Source: an uncultured Chloroflexia bacterium (GTDB lineage: Bacteria > Chloroflexota > Limnocylindria > Limnocylindrales > CSP1-4). From it: 64,000 nucleotides of DNA. Shown here piece after piece: positions 1-9,249 of this stretch. Each line of letters starts with the position of its first letter. Position 1 is the first letter of the stretch. The stretch lies in NCBI GenBank assembly GCA_963764515.1, contig CAVXSS010000002.1:1313044-1377043 (forward strand), written 5' to 3'. The notes under the pieces were generated by a model, which was given only the letters and a program-made list of their open reading frames with translations, did not search any database and was not told where the DNA came from. A program made the position numbers and the translations under genes.

Positions 1-2
1 CC

Positions 3-488
3 CTCGGTGGCCGCGCGTTCACCAAGAGCCTCGCCGACCGGCTGGACCTGCCGTTCCCGCGGGCCGAGGCACTCAAGGTGGATTACGCCCGGGACCTGCC
101 GATCGAGGGTCGCGACACCGTCGCGGCGATCATCGGCGACGACGTCCGGGTCTGGGCCGCGGGCGTGGAGCTGGTCATGGAGGAGCTCTCGGGTGGCGAC
201 CTGCTTCCGGGACGGATCTTCCTGTGCGGTGGCGGCTCACACCTCCCCGAGATCCGCGCGTCGCTCGCATCTGAGGCATTCTGGAAGAGCCTGCCGTTCG
301 CCCGACCGCCCGAGGTGACGGTGATGGCGCCTGACCAGATCGACACGATCTCCGATGCCACTGGGTTGCTCGTGGATCAGCAGGACGTGACGCCACTGGG
401 CCTGGCCTACCAGGCCATCGAGCTCCAGACGACAGAGGACGCCCTCGACGCGGCCCTCCGTCGGGTCCTGCGAGCCATGAAGGTCTGA
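3..488 (+). CDS. ftsA: FtsA-like actin-fold ATPase, C-terminal part (5' end outside window)
   Basis: Frame 3 is open from position 3. GGRAFTKSLADRLDLPFPRAEALKV matches the FtsA motif GGxxxTxDIAxxLxxPxxxAExIK. Downstream LCGGGSHLPEI resembles the FtsA C-domain glycine loop. A PilM-like alternative cannot be excluded. Confidence 0.6.
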   Translation, partial: LGGRAFTKSLADRLDLPFPRAEALKVDYARDLPIEGRDTVAAIIGDDVRVWAAGVELVMEELSGGDLLPGRIFLCGGGSHLPEIRASLASEAFWKSLPFARPPEVTVMAPDQIDTISDATGLLVDQQDVTPLGLAYQAIELQTTEDALDAALRRVLRAMKV

Positions 489-491
489 GCG

Positions 492-2321
492 ATGGCTGGC
501 GGCGTCATCTACCTCGACATCGATGATGAGATCACGTCCGCGGCGGCGCGCATCCGGGCCGTGGACGGGCGACGAGCGGCCATCGTGCTCCCCCTTGGGT
601 CGCGCGTCGCCACGTCGCGCATCAACTTCCGGTTGCTCTCGCGCGACGCGCTGACCCACGAGAAGGGGCTCTCGATCATCGCGGGCGACGCGGCCACTCG
701 AGCCCTGGCGGCATCGGCCGGCCTGCCGGTCTTCAGCTCGGTGGGAGAGTACGAAGCGTCGCTGGGACCCCGGGCTCGGGCCGACGTGCCCGCGGCCGAT
801 ACGCCGGAGCCGGCCGACCTCGCATCTGGGGCGGCTGACCTGGCCGGTGAGACCGCGCGGGTCCCGGTCGCTCCGACGTCGGACGAACCGGCCCCCGGCC
901 CGCCCGTCCAGCAGACCCTCGACGACATGGAGGCAGCCGAGCTGGCGGCCGCCGCGGCCGCGATCCGGACCCCGGTCGCGCCTGCCACGCGGACGTCGCG
1001 GCCGGTGGCCGCCACCTCCGGGACATCGATCCGCGACGTCCCACGCGGGACTTCGCCGCGGGATGCGAGGATCCAGGATGTGCCGGTCCGCGCCGGACCG
1101 GAGGGGCAGGGGATCGGTCGCCGCATCCCGAGGACCCCGTTGCTGGTCGGCCTGGGTGCCATCGCGCTCGTGGTGCTGATCGCCGGCGTCGGTGCCTACC
1201 TGGTGCTTCCGTCGGCAACGATCGTCGTGACGCCAAGGAACGAGTCGGTCGGACCGCTGACCATGACGATCGTCGCGGACCCGACCGCGACGGCCCCTGA
1301 TACGGACGCCAAGGTGATCCCCGCCGATGTGATATCGATCGACGCGACCGCCACGGACACGTTCCCGGCGACCGGCAAGCGGGTCGAGGAGACCAAGGCG
1401 ACCGGCAGCGTGCAATTCGAGAACCTGGACCCGACCTCGGCCAACACCATCGCATCGGGCAGTGTCGTGAGGACGAGTGGCGGCCTCCGCTTCGTGACGA
1501 ACGCGGCGGTGACCGTCGCGCGGGCGGACCTCGTGCCGTCCGACGGCGGGTTCGCGGTCATCCCCAAGTACGCCACCGTCGGCATCACCGCGGTCGAGCT
1601 GGGGCCGGCCAGCAACGTTGGTGCCGACCGGATCACGCAGGTCCCGCGCAATGAGAACGGACAGTTCCTGAAGGTCACGAATCCTGAAGCGACGAGTGGC
1701 GGGAAACGCGATGAGTTCCCCAGGGTCGCCCAGAAGGACGTCGACGCGGCCCTCGCGGCGCTCGAGCCCGCGCTCCAGGCGGACTTCGTGGCCCGCCTGT
1801 CCGATCCATCGATCGCACCGCCCGGTGCCACGGTCTTCCCCGCGACGGGGGTTCTCGGGGTGCCCGTGCCGACCGTCGACCCAGCCAAGCTCGTCGACCA
1901 GGAGGTCGCCACCTTCGATCTCGGCTTGAGCGCGACCGGTACGGTCACGGCTGTCGACCCGGCGCCGGCCAAGGTCATCGCCGCGGATCGGCTGCGTGCG
2001 ACCATCGACGCCGGCCATCGACTGGTCGATGGGTCGATCGAGGTGACGGTCGACCCGGCGGTGGTCTCCGGCGACCAGATCAGCTTCCCGACCAGCGTCA
2101 CGGCCACGCAGGTCGCCATCCTGGACCCGGCCGAGCTCAAGGCGCAGGTCATGGGCCGGCCGCTCGCCGAGGCACGCTCCATCCTCGAGTCGTACGGGAC
2201 CGTCCGGCTCACCGCGTGGCCGGACTGGGTCTCGACGATCCCGACGCTCGACGGGCGCGTCGAGCTGACCCTCGACGAAGCCGTGCCGGTCGAGTCGTCC
2301 GAGCCCACGGCGGCCCCGTGA
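492..2321 (+). CDS. hypothetical bitopic membrane protein (609 aa: cytoplasmic N-domain, Pro/Ala-rich linker, one TM, large extracytoplasmic domain)
   Basis: The ORF starts 3 nt after the ftsA-like stop. There is an ~85-aa N-domain, then a low-complexity P/A/R-rich linker. A TM segment reads LLVGLGAIALVVLIAGVGAYLVL. A ~370-aa C-terminal domain with ordinary composition follows. No recognisable family; it is not FtsZ. Confidence 0.6.
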   Translation: MAGGVIYLDIDDEITSAAARIRAVDGRRAAIVLPLGSRVATSRINFRLLSRDALTHEKGLSIIAGDAATRALAASAGLPVFSSVGEYEASLGPRARADVPAADTPEPADLASGAADLAGETARVPVAPTSDEPAPGPPVQQTLDDMEAAELAAAAAAIRTPVAPATRTSRPVAATSGTSIRDVPRGTSPRDARIQDVPVRAGPEGQGIGRRIPRTPLLVGLGAIALVVLIAGVGAYLVLPSATIVVTPRNESVGPLTMTIVADPTATAPDTDAKVIPADVISIDATATDTFPATGKRVEETKATGSVQFENLDPTSANTIASGSVVRTSGGLRFVTNAAVTVARADLVPSDGGFAVIPKYATVGITAVELGPASNVGADRITQVPRNENGQFLKVTNPEATSGGKRDEFPRVAQKDVDAALAALEPALQADFVARLSDPSIAPPGATVFPATGVLGVPVPTVDPAKLVDQEVATFDLGLSATGTVTAVDPAPAKVIAADRLRATIDAGHRLVDGSIEVTVDPAVVSGDQISFPTSVTATQVAILDPAELKAQVMGRPLAEARSILESYGTVRLTAWPDWVSTIPTLDGRVELTLDEAVPVESSEPTAAP

Positions 2322-2337
2322 GCCGGGGCGATCGCCG

Positions 2338-2835
2338 ATGAGCCGCCTGCTCGGGATCGACCTCGGGGAGCGCCGGGTCGGGATCGCACTGTCCGACGGC
2401 GACGCCTCGCCGGCCAGACCGCTCGTGACCCTGCGGCGGGCCCGGGACATCGCGGGCGACACGGCCGCGCTCCGAGCGCTGGCCGACGCCCATCGCATCG
2501 ACGAGCTGGTCGTCGGGCTGCCGCTCGACATGTCCGGCGGGGAGGGTTCGCAGGCGCTGCTGACGCGCGATTGGGCCGAGGCGGTCGCCGCGGAACTGCG
2601 ATTGCCGGTAACCTTCCGTGACGAGCGCCTGACCAGCCACCTCGCGGAGGATCGCCTCGGTCCCATGAAGCGCGGTCGGTCGGGCGGGCCCCCGTCGCGG
2701 GCGCAGCGTGACGCCTATCGGGCGCGCGTCGATCGCGAGGCGGCGGCCATCGTCCTGCAGGATGAACTCGACACGCGGGCCGGGATCCCTGCCTCCCTGC
2801 CCAGAACCAGCGACCAGACGGAGAACCGCGCATGA
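2338..2835 (+). CDS. ruvX: Holliday junction resolvase-like protein RuvX/YqgF
   Basis: N-terminus LLGIDLGERRVGIALSD is the RuvX/YqgF signature. 165 aa. ATGA overlap with the downstream gene. Confidence 0.85.
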   Translation: MSRLLGIDLGERRVGIALSDGDASPARPLVTLRRARDIAGDTAALRALADAHRIDELVVGLPLDMSGGEGSQALLTRDWAEAVAAELRLPVTFRDERLTSHLAEDRLGPMKRGRSGGPPSRAQRDAYRARVDREAAAIVLQDELDTRAGIPASLPRTSDQTENRA

Positions 2836-4208
2836 CGATCCGCTCCGGCGGACGCCCACGGGATGAGCGTGCTCACCAGGCGCATCCCTACGATCCCGAC
2901 GCGTATGCCACCGACATCCTCCCGCCTGCGGTCGAGCCGGCCCGGCGCGGCGGCCGGAACGGGCGTGGCCCTGGTGGTGGCGCGTTCGGGATCGTCAAGT
3001 TCCTGGTCTTCGCCCTCGTGCTGGCCACGCTCGTCCTCGTCGTGGCGCTCACGGCCCTGCGGCCCGTCGTCAACAACGCCATCCTCGGCTGGGCCGCTGA
3101 CAACCCGGCCGCCCTCTCGATGCCGTTCGTGAGCGACATCGTCCGCGAGGACCTCGGCGACTCGTTGACCGCGCCGGTCTCCAGCGACCCCACCCAGGTC
3201 GAATTCGTCGTCCAGGACGGCGACACCGCATCGACGATCGGAGCGCGCCTGAAACAGCAGGGCCTCATCCGTGACGCCCGCGCCTTCGTCTTCATCGCCG
3301 TCGAGCGCAACCTGTCGTCGCACCTGCAGCAGGGCACGTTCCTGCTCCGCAAGAACATGGTCCCCAACGACATGGCGACGGCGCTGCTCGATCCGCCCGC
3401 GGTCCCCTACGTGGACCTCGGCCTGCGCACCGGCCTGCGGCTGGAGCAGATCACGGCCAAGCTCCAGACGTTGCCCCTCCAGATGGACGTCCACGAGTTC
3501 TACGACCTGGTGACCTCGCCGCCCAAGGAGCTCATCGACGACTACCCGTGGTTGAAGAAGATCCTGAGCGACAAGAGCGTCCCGGCGCACCCCACGCTGG
3601 AGGGCTTCCTCTGGCCGGCGAACTACAAGGTGCTCCCGGACACCACGCCCGAGGAGCTCGTCCGGCTGATGCTCGACAAGTTCTACGCGAACGTCGGTGC
3701 CGACCGGATCGACGTCCCTGCCGCACGGGGCCTGTCGTTCTACCAGGTCCTCTCCCTCGCCTCGATCGTCGAGCGCGAGGCCGTGCTCGACGATGAGCGC
3801 CCGAAGATCGCCGGCGTCTACCAGAACCGCATCGACGGTCTGCCCGGCATCAAGAACAAGATCCTCAATGCCGACCCGACGGTCATCTGGGCGAACGATT
3901 CCGTCGAGCTCTCGAAGCTCGACTTCGACTTGTGGCAGAAGTACCTGTTCTGGGGGCCGCCGGGTGTCCCGATGAAGGACGTCGTCGTGCCGCCGGAGCT
4001 AGCGGGATACCAGACCTACCTGAACCCCGGGCTCATCCCGGGCCCGATCGCCACGCCGACCCTGCCCTCGATCGATGCCGCCCTCCAGCCGGACACCGCG
4101 GACAAGTACCTCTACTTCGTGGCGATCCCCGACGGCGGCGGCGCGCACTCGTTCGCGAAGGACAACGCGGCATTCCAGAAGCTCCTCAAGGAGTACGGCT
4201 ACATATGA
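2832..4208 (+). CDS. mltG: endolytic murein transglycosylase MltG (YceG family)
   Basis: N-terminal TM anchor and a YceG-like domain of ~330 aa. Conserved position after ruvX, as in actinobacteria. Confidence 0.8.
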   Translation: MTIRSGGRPRDERAHQAHPYDPDAYATDILPPAVEPARRGGRNGRGPGGGAFGIVKFLVFALVLATLVLVVALTALRPVVNNAILGWAADNPAALSMPFVSDIVREDLGDSLTAPVSSDPTQVEFVVQDGDTASTIGARLKQQGLIRDARAFVFIAVERNLSSHLQQGTFLLRKNMVPNDMATALLDPPAVPYVDLGLRTGLRLEQITAKLQTLPLQMDVHEFYDLVTSPPKELIDDYPWLKKILSDKSVPAHPTLEGFLWPANYKVLPDTTPEELVRLMLDKFYANVGADRIDVPAARGLSFYQVLSLASIVEREAVLDDERPKIAGVYQNRIDGLPGIKNKILNADPTVIWANDSVELSKLDFDLWQKYLFWGPPGVPMKDVVVPPELAGYQTYLNPGLIPGPIATPTLPSIDAALQPDTADKYLYFVAIPDGGGAHSFAKDNAAFQKLLKEYGYI

Positions 4209-5443
4209 GCGGTCGGCTGCCCGAGCCGGCTGACTTCGCCGTCGCGCCGTCGGGCGGCCAGCGCCGGGCCTGGTCGGAGTCGGACCGGGCGGCGAGGCCC
4301 CAGCGCCTGGCGCGCCTGCGGGCGCGGCTCGTCGAGGCGGGCGTCGACGCCTACTTCGGCGTCCGGCCCGAGCACATGCGCTACCTGACCGGCTTCTCAC
4401 TCGGTGAAGGTGAGGAGAAGGTGGCCGGCTCCTCTGGCCAGTTCCTCGTGAGCGGGGACGACCTGCTCGTGCTGGCTGACTCGCGCTACACGATCCAGGC
4501 CCATCGCGAGGCGCCCGACGCTCGAGTCGTCGACGTGTACCACGACCTGCCGGCGCGATGGCCCGAGCTCTTGGCCTCGCTCGGGGCACGGCGGGTGGCC
4601 CTGGAGGCGGGGTTCGTCTCGCACGCGACCTGGCGGCAGCTGTCGGCGGCCACGCCCCACGTCGAGCTGGTCCCGGTGGAGGGCTGGGTGGAGGAGGACC
4701 GGGCGACGAAGGAGCCCGCGGAGGTGGAACGCATCGAGGCGGCCTGTGCCGTCGCCGATCGCGCCCTCGCGACGCTCCTGCCGGAGATCCGGCCCGGCGT
4801 GACCGAGGCGGTGCTGGCACTCCGGCTCGAATGGCTGATCCGGACCGGCGGCGCGGAGTCGCTGGCCTTCGACGTCGCGTGCCTGTCCGGACCGGAGGCG
4901 GCCCTGCCGCACGGCACGCCTGGCGATCGTTCCGTGCTGGCGGGCGCGGTCCTGCTGTTCGACTTCGGGGCGCAGGTCGCGGGATACCGGAGCGACATGA
5001 CCCGGACGCTCTTCATCGGCGAGCCGGCGGCACGCGATCTGGACGTCTACGAGCTGGTCGCCCGCGCCCAGTCGGCGGCCATCGAAGCGCTCGAGACCGC
5101 GGTGGCCGGCGGTGCGGGTCGCGATGGCGGCCCGCTGCTCCCGAGCGGCAAGGCGATGGACGCCGTCGCCCGCGGGGTCATCGAGGCCGCCGGTCACGGC
5201 GAGCACTTCGGCCACGGGACCGGGCACGGCATCGGCCTGGCCACCCACGAATCGCCGAGCCTGGGCACGTCCGCCCCGGACACCGCCCTGCCGAGCCCGA
5301 CGGTGTTCTCGGTCGAGCCGGGCGTCTACCTCGAGGGCGAGACGGGGGTCCGCGTCGAGGACCTGATCGCGTTGGACGCGGCCGCCGGCCAGGTCCGTCG
5401 TCTCACCCAGTTCCCGCGAGAGGTCCTCGTCGTCGGGGGCTGA
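4205..5443 (+). CDS. pepP: Xaa-Pro aminopeptidase (M24 family)
   Basis: C-terminal HGTGHGIGLATHESP and EPGVYLEG...GVRVED metal-binding motifs of the M24B family. Creatinase-like N-domain. ATGA overlap with the mltG stop. The table ORF is longer; the start was chosen at the ATG overlapping the mltG stop. Confidence 0.8.
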   Translation: MSGRLPEPADFAVAPSGGQRRAWSESDRAARPQRLARLRARLVEAGVDAYFGVRPEHMRYLTGFSLGEGEEKVAGSSGQFLVSGDDLLVLADSRYTIQAHREAPDARVVDVYHDLPARWPELLASLGARRVALEAGFVSHATWRQLSAATPHVELVPVEGWVEEDRATKEPAEVERIEAACAVADRALATLLPEIRPGVTEAVLALRLEWLIRTGGAESLAFDVACLSGPEAALPHGTPGDRSVLAGAVLLFDFGAQVAGYRSDMTRTLFIGEPAARDLDVYELVARAQSAAIEALETAVAGGAGRDGGPLLPSGKAMDAVARGVIEAAGHGEHFGHGTGHGIGLATHESPSLGTSAPDTALPSPTVFSVEPGVYLEGETGVRVEDLIALDAAAGQVRRLTQFPREVLVVGG

Positions 5444-5477
5444 CATGGCCCGGACCGACCACTACGCTGTCAGCGCC

Positions 5478-6065
5478 ATGGCACGAGATCTCCTGGGCTT
5501 CGTGCGCTGGCCGGGGAGATGGTGGATCGTCGCCGCGGTCGTGCTGCTGGTCGGCGCCTGCGACTCGTCGGGTGGCAGCGCGTCGACGTCCTCCGAGCCC
5601 ACCGTGGCGTGCATCGGGGTGCCGCAGGCGCCATGCGACCAGGCGGTGGCCTCGCTGGAAGGTTCGTTCGGGGCGCCTGTCGTCCAGATCACCGTCGCGT
5701 GCACCGTCGCGGCGTGCACGCCGACCGAGGGCCAGGTCAACATCGACATGCTCCTCGCGGACGGCCGGCGCGAATCGTCGGGTTATGGCTACGGATCCGC
5801 CCAGCCCCAGCCGGTGCAGGTCGTCCCGCCGGTCCTCACCGTCGCGCCGATCTGCCTCGGCGTGCCCTTCGTCATGTGCAAGGACATGGCGGAGTCGTCG
5901 ATCCAGGACGGGGTGCCCGGCGCGGCGAGACCGCCGATCGCGAGGATCACCGTCCGCTGCACCGGCAGCTGCACGCCGACCAAGGGCGAGGGGCAGACCC
6001 GCATCGACTACGTCGATGGGACGAATTCGACCTCCTCCTGGGGCTACGAGAGCAGCGGCGGCTGA
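5478..6065 (+). CDS. putative lipoprotein with internal Cys-containing tandem duplication
   Basis: Signal peptide plus lipobox LLVGAC. Two ~60-aa repeats share C..VP..C.......ITV.C......CTPT.G......Y spacing. The start (5445 or 5478) is uncertain. Confidence 0.5.
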   Translation: MARDLLGFVRWPGRWWIVAAVVLLVGACDSSGGSASTSSEPTVACIGVPQAPCDQAVASLEGSFGAPVVQITVACTVAACTPTEGQVNIDMLLADGRRESSGYGYGSAQPQPVQVVPPVLTVAPICLGVPFVMCKDMAESSIQDGVPGAARPPIARITVRCTGSCTPTKGEGQTRIDYVDGTNSTSSWGYESSGG

Positions 6066-6167
6066 CCCGGGCCGCCTCGTCGGTCTGGTACGATCGCGGA
6101 CGAACCACCCCGACCGATCCACCGGCGTCGCCATGTCCCGCGACCGCCGTCGAGGAGCCAATCCGAC

Positions 6168-6725
6168 ATGATCAGCACCGGCGAACTCAAGAAGGGCGTC
6201 GCCATCGAGCTCGACGGTGAGCTCTGGCAGATCCTCGACTACCACCACATCAAGATGGGCCGCGGATCGGCCCAGGTGCGCATCACGCTGCGCAATATCA
6301 AGCGCGGCCAGACCGTGGAGCGCTCGTTCCAGGCCGGGACGAGGTGGCCGCGGGCCTCGATGGAGAAGCGCCCGGTCCAGTTCCTCTACCGCGACGGCGA
6401 CGACCACCACTTCATGGACACCGACACGTACGACCAGTTCATCCTGACCGGCGAGCAGCTGGGCGAGACGGCCCAGTACCTCAAGGACGGGATGACGCTC
6501 GACCGGACCAGCTACCAGGGCGAGACGATCGGCGTGGAGTTGCCGGTCACGGTGGACCTGCGGGTCGCCGAGACCGAGCCGGGCTTCGCGGGTGACACGC
6601 AGACCGGCGCCCGCAAGAACGCGACGACCGAGACGGGCCTCGTCGTGGTCGTGCCGATCTTCGTCGAGACCGGCGACACGATCCGCGTCGACACGCGGAC
6701 CGGGGAGTACCAGACCCGGGTCTGA
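6168..6725 (+). CDS. efp: elongation factor P
   Basis: MISTGELKKGVAIELDGELWQILDYHHIKMGRGSAQVRITLRNIKRGQ is canonical EF-P. 185 aa. Confidence 0.95.
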   Translation: MISTGELKKGVAIELDGELWQILDYHHIKMGRGSAQVRITLRNIKRGQTVERSFQAGTRWPRASMEKRPVQFLYRDGDDHHFMDTDTYDQFILTGEQLGETAQYLKDGMTLDRTSYQGETIGVELPVTVDLRVAETEPGFAGDTQTGARKNATTETGLVVVVPIFVETGDTIRVDTRTGEYQTRV

Positions 6726-6781
6726 CCGGCGGAGACGCGGCCCGACTCGGCCGATCGCGTCGCCTCGCTACCATCAGCGCC

Positions 6782-8131
6782 ATGGAACCGCTGCCCGCCG
6801 TCAACCCGCTCGTTCCCGGCACATTCGGCGTCCGGATCCTCGGCGTCAGCGAGGTCGCGAAAGCCGTCAGGGCCGCCGTCCGAGAGGATCCGCGCCTGGC
6901 CGACTTGTGGGTCGAGGGCGAGATCGGGCGCGTCACGATCTCGTCGGCCGGCCACGCCTACTTCGCGCTCAAGGATGAGCGCAGCCAGCTCCAGTGCGTC
7001 TGGTTCCGCGACGACCGGCTGCGCTCGGCGTTCGAGGCCCAGGTCGGGCTGCGCGTCGTCGTCCACGGCCGGATCGACCTGTTCGAACCGCAGGGCGCGC
7101 TCCAGCTGTACGTCGAATCGATCCAGCCCGCCGGCGTCGGCGATCTCGCGCTCCGCTTCGAGGAGCTCAAGGCCCGGCTCGCCGCCGAGGGCCTCTTCGA
7201 GTCCGAGCGCAAGCGCAAGCTGCCGGGCCGGCCGACCGTCATCGCGGTCATCACGAGTCCGACGGGCGCCGTCTGGAAGGACATCGCCACCGTTCTCGGC
7301 CGGCGCTGGCCGCTGGCCCGCGTGGTCCTCGTCGCGACCAAGGTCCAGGGGGCCGACGCCCCGGAGAGCATCGTCTCGGCGTTCCGCCGGCTCGAGCGCC
7401 ACTGTGAGGATCTGGTGCGAGTTGGCCGCGCGGGGGACGCGCCGCAGGTCACGATCCTCGCGCGTGGCGGCGGCTCGCTCGAGGACCTCTGGTCGTTCAA
7501 TGACGAGCGCGTCGTGCGGGCCGTCGTCGGGCACCCGATCCCGGTGGTATGCGGGGTCGGGCACGAGGTGGACGTGACCCTCGCGGACTTCGCGGCGGAT
7601 GTCCGGGCGCCTACCCCGTCCGCCGCCGCGGAGATCGTCGTGCCCGACCGGGCCGAGATGTCCGCGGCACTCCGCCGCGCGGGTGCGCGCCTGGCCTCGG
7701 TTTCGGCCGGGCGTTTGGCGGTCGCGCGCAACGAGCTCGCGGTCGAGCGCCGGGCTCTCGAGCAGGTCAGCCCTGCCGCACGGCTGGTCGCCTCCCGCGA
7801 GCAGGTCGGACTGCTGTTCGATCGAGCGACGCGCGCACTCGTCGCGCGCCTGAACCACGACCGCGCCCGCCTCGACCGCGCGGCTTCGACGTTGCCGCGC
7901 CTGACCGCGGCGACGCTCGCCGGGGCGCGCGCGAATCTCGACGCATCGGCGGCGGCGCTGGCGGTGCTCGGACCGCAGGCCACCCTCGACCGCGGCTACG
8001 CCATCGTCCGGCGCCGGGCCGACGGCGCGATCGTGCGGGGACCGTCGGATGCCCCTGGCCGGACCGGTCTCGACATCCGCGTCGCCGATGGTTCGATCGA
8101 GGCCACCGTCGACGATCAGGCCGACGGGTAA
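6782..8131 (+). CDS. xseA: exodeoxyribonuclease VII large subunit
   Basis: OB-fold N-terminus and catalytic core (VITSPTGAVWKD, ARGGGSLEDLWSFNDE). 449 aa. Confidence 0.9.
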   Translation: MEPLPAVNPLVPGTFGVRILGVSEVAKAVRAAVREDPRLADLWVEGEIGRVTISSAGHAYFALKDERSQLQCVWFRDDRLRSAFEAQVGLRVVVHGRIDLFEPQGALQLYVESIQPAGVGDLALRFEELKARLAAEGLFESERKRKLPGRPTVIAVITSPTGAVWKDIATVLGRRWPLARVVLVATKVQGADAPESIVSAFRRLERHCEDLVRVGRAGDAPQVTILARGGGSLEDLWSFNDERVVRAVVGHPIPVVCGVGHEVDVTLADFAADVRAPTPSAAAEIVVPDRAEMSAALRRAGARLASVSAGRLAVARNELAVERRALEQVSPAARLVASREQVGLLFDRATRALVARLNHDRARLDRAASTLPRLTAATLAGARANLDASAAALAVLGPQATLDRGYAIVRRRADGAIVRGPSDAPGRTGLDIRVADGSIEATVDDQADG

Positions 8132-8141
8132 GCAGCTCGCG

Positions 8142-8279
8142 ATGGAGTACGTGGTCTTCGCGCTTGTCGTGGTCGTCGTCGCGGCCGTCGGGATCCGCGT
8201 TGGTATGCTGCTGGCGCCGCGGATCGACCGAGTCGCCGACCGACTGACCGACCCGGACGACGAGGAGCCGCATGACTGA
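8142..8279 (+). CDS. small hydrophobic protein (45 aa) between xseA and xseB
   Basis: ATG at 8142 with a hydrophobic core VVFALVVVVVAAVGIRVGMLLA. Overlaps the xseB start. No homology evidence; it could be spurious. Confidence 0.25.
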   Translation: MEYVVFALVVVVVAAVGIRVGMLLAPRIDRVADRLTDPDDEEPHD

Positions 8280-8544
8280 CACCGCCGAATTGCGAGTGGA
8301 GGATCTCGCGTTCGACGACGCCCTCGCGGATCTCCAGCGGACCGTGGCCGAGCTCGAGGCGGGCGGCCACCCGCTGGAGCGCGCGCTCGCGCTCCACGAG
8401 CGCGGCACCGCGCTCATCGAGCGTTGCGACCGCCTGCTCAACGACGCCCAGCTCCGGCTCCAGCAGCTGGTCCAGCGGGCCGCGGGCGGGTCTGAGTTGC
8501 GCGACGTCAAGCCCGACGAGGCCACCGAAGAGCCGGGGGCCTGA
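8272..8544 (+). CDS. xseB: exodeoxyribonuclease VII small subunit
   Basis: ~90-aa helical protein (FDDALADLQRTVAELEAGGHPLERALALHERG) directly after xseA. Confidence 0.85.
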   Translation: MTDTAELRVEDLAFDDALADLQRTVAELEAGGHPLERALALHERGTALIERCDRLLNDAQLRLQQLVQRAAGGSELRDVKPDEATEEPGA

Positions 8545-8551
8545 CCGGCGC

Positions 8552-9091
8552 GTGACCCGGTATGTCGCCCTCCTTCGAGGGATCAACGTCGGGGGCACCA
8601 AACGCGTCGCCATGACGGACCTGCGCTCCGCTCTCGGATCGCTCGGCTTCGAGGACGTCTCGACCGTCCTGCAGAGCGGCAACGCGGTGTTCAGCGGTCC
8701 CGGCGGGAAGGCCAGTGAGTTCGAACGCTCGATCGAGCAGGTGATCGCCACACGGCTCGCGATGTCGGTGAAGGTCCTCGTCCGGACAGGCGCCGAACTC
8801 GCGGCGATCATCGAGGCGAACCCACTGCCCGAGGCGGTCGCGGAGCCGTCGAAGCTGCATGTCGCGTTCCTCTCCGCGCAGCCCGATCCCGGGCGGTTCG
8901 ATACGCTCGAGGCGGCAAGATCCGAGCGCGAGGCCGTCCGACCGGGCGAACGAGCGCTCTACATCTGGTACCGCGACGGCGCCGGCCGTTCGAAGCTGAC
9001 CAATGACCTCCTCGAACGGCGGCTCGGCGTGACCGCGACTTCGCGCAATTGGAATACCGTCACGAAGCTGTCGGACCTCGTGACCACCTGA
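8552..9091 (+). CDS. DUF1697 family protein
   Basis: YVALLRGINVGGTKRV N-terminus is typical of DUF1697. 179 aa. Confidence 0.7.
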   Translation: MTRYVALLRGINVGGTKRVAMTDLRSALGSLGFEDVSTVLQSGNAVFSGPGGKASEFERSIEQVIATRLAMSVKVLVRTGAELAAIIEANPLPEAVAEPSKLHVAFLSAQPDPGRFDTLEAARSEREAVRPGERALYIWYRDGAGRSKLTNDLLERRLGVTATSRNWNTVTKLSDLVTT

Positions 9092-9249
9092 GCTCCGATG
9101 CACGGCAAGCGTCGGAACCAACGGACCGTGCCCGTCGCGCCGGCGGTCCGTGGAGCGTCACAGGATGGACCCGAGACTCCGAACCCCCGAAAACACGCGA
9201 CCTGCAGGGAACAGGTTTACACTCCGCGAGACGCGCAGAAGGGAGTCCG

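Noticed and set aside
237-2666. 809-aa minus-strand ORF, and many other long minus-strand ORFs (e.g. 9217-11166, 14746-16263, 22279-23997, 23846-25306, 26537-28111, 28903-30072, 36164-37387, 37177-38544, 43933-44970)
   Set aside because: They are antisense to well-supported + strand genes and extremely Arg/Pro/Gly-rich. They are typical spurious ORFs in high-GC DNA.
9049-9249. Extended dxs start at 9049 (748 aa)
   Set aside because: The extension is R/P/G-rich and overlaps the end of the DUF1697 gene. The TTG at 9250 has an AAGGGAG RBS and yields a canonical DXS N-terminus.
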